Below, piece by piece: positions 62,259 to 64,000 of a stretch of DNA of 64,000 nt; position 1 is the first letter of the stretch, and each line of letters opens with the position of its first letter. Source of the DNA: Octopus sinensis. Lineage: Eukaryota. The translations under genes and the position numbers were made by a program. Location: NCBI RefSeq assembly GCF_006345805.1, contig NW_021833459.1:9839-73838 (forward strand). Direction: 5' to 3'. The notes under the pieces are model-generated. The model was not told where the DNA came from and made no database searches. It saw nothing but the letters and a program-made list of their open reading frames with translations.

Positions 62259-63050
62259 TTAACACAATTTTATAGGAGTATAAAGAGACAATTTATTCAA
62301 TATTTCCACCTTTACACACCATCTGAAGGTGTGACAACTCTTCATGTTAAAGTACTCAGACATGGTGTCCCACTCTTCCCTTAGGACTTGCTTAAGGTGA
62401 TCAACACGTGAATGTAAAATTCTGTTGGTAGACTGTCCCAGTTTGCCCCATACAGCATAGTCCAGGGGGATCAAGTCTTAGCTTGAAGATGGCCAGAATT
62501 TGCAAGCCAAAAGTTGAATTTGTCTTCGCAGATTTTCTGCACTTTCTTTACCGCATGAGCTGGACCACCATATTAGTTCCACACAAAATTACCGTTGCGG
62601 TAGTTATGAGGCAAATCCTCGTACTGCAGGACTTTATAATAAAGTTCAGAACCTAACTTTTCCCCAGACTTGAAAAACTGGAGATGCATCTTCTTTCCGT
62701 CAGATGCCACGACTGCAAGTACCATGACATGAGATGGGTGCTAGGTCCTAACGACTCCTTTTACTTCATCAATGTATTGATCATTGCGATGGTTTAAAAC
62801 AGCATCAACGGTAAAGATTTTTTTATCTAAAATCATTTTTATGGTTTGTCCGTCGTGCTTCAGGTATCGCAATACTTTTTTGGCCTTTTCATGACATCTG
62901 GACTTCATTACAAGGGGCAATATTTGTCTCAGAATCCTCACATATTGCCCACAACTATAAGTTAGTGTGTACAATCGTTCTGATGGTATTTAGTCAACTT
63001 TCATGTCCATGGACAGTTTTCTCATGGTTGTTGGGCCTTTCGAAAATACA
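62259..63050 (-). pseudogene. Tc1/mariner transposase relic, DD37D (maT)-like
   Basis: ILDKKIFTVDAVLN.RND; KHPSHVMVLAVVASDGKK; GGPAH; FWPSSS*DLIPLDYAVWG. About 36 codons between the second and third catalytic positions; stops and frameshifts present. Confidence 0.8.
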
Positions 63051-63821
63051 AATACATACGAATATGTACACACATACAAGTCTGATTGCAGAATCTATTA
63101 CAAGTATCAGGAAAATATCAGCAGCTACAAACTAACATTTTGAAAAGAATTTTGAGTCAATACGATGCCACTGTAGTTACAAAAGACGACCAATGTTGCA
63201 CTTCAGCTGAACACTGATAAGCAACATCGCTGTTTTAACAGTAGTAAACCTCGTTGATATACTCTTGTGAAATGTAAAATGACATTCTCTTCCTTGTATC
63301 ACATTTTTTTTGTGTTAATTAAACGTCTACGTTGTTCTTAGACAGATAGAATATGTCGTTGGCTAAACAACACATCATGGTTAATATAACGAAAAATTAT
63401 CCTGACTGATTATAAGACTATGACATTTAAGGACTTCTGAGCAAAATTTAATATAGAGATACACAGTATATTAATTAGCATTTGTTCTCAATCTCCTTTC
63501 CAAGTCGTCATTTTGATATTTATGATTTAAATCCTGAACATGCAATCTTATTTAATAACAATTGCTTTACTTAACACACCAAATATGTGATCATGCAGAT
63601 TACTGCATTAATTTCATGAAGCAGCTATATGCGTTAAACTTCTTAAAAAGTAGTTCTGATAACACACTCTCGTCAGCTTTGATTAAGAAACCATCCCCAT
63701 AATTCTCTGAGCAGCTACCATAGACTATGCTTGATAAAGTAATGTGATTCAGTGAAATGTCACCGATCTATTAAACATCAAATTGTTGCAAGTTTTTCTA
63801 ATGTACGTTATTTAAAGTTTT

Positions 63822-64000
63822 TTTATTCTTTTACTTATTTCAGTCATTTGACTACGGCCATGCTGGAGCACCGCCTTTAGTCGAGCAAATCGACCCCGGA
63901 ACTTATTCTTTGTAAGCCCAGTACTTATTCTATCGGTCTCTTTTGCCGAACCGCTAAGTGACGGGGACGTAAACACACCAGCATCGGTTGTCAAGTAATG
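63822..64000 (-). mobile_element. SINE family A 3' half, runs off the window end
   Basis: TTCAGTCATTTGACTACGGCCATGCTGGAGCACCGCC... Confidence 0.9.

Overview
AT-rich, repeat-dominated eukaryotic DNA. The SINE families and huge (TA)n tracts look like Octopus/cephalopod genomic DNA; this assignment is my recognition and was not checked against a database. No intact cellular gene is identifiable. The window holds: two CR1-group LINE copies, one near full length at 55.1-58.9 kb with a CCCH-finger ORF1; a Gypsy-like LTR with a tRNA-Leu PBS; an internally deleted Helitron with both termini; several R4/Dong-type REL LINE fragments; an L1/Tx1 3' end with a 20-bp TSD; a DD37D-like mariner relic; MITE/foldback elements; four tRNA-derived SINE families (A-D, my labels); and several Penelope-like (PLE) remnants. 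The most striking signal is a set of minimal type-I hammerhead ribozyme motifs from at least four sequence families, mostly in inverted-repeat pairs. One family forms the 3' tail of a tRNA-headed SINE. Two other SINE families share their 3' ends with LINEs present in the same window. Five small + strand candidate exons (26.3-42.8 kb) have strong splice signals and largely compatible phases, suggesting the window lies inside a large-intron host gene that I cannot name. Nearly all Y/I/C/M/V-rich ORFs in the ORF track are microsatellite artefacts.
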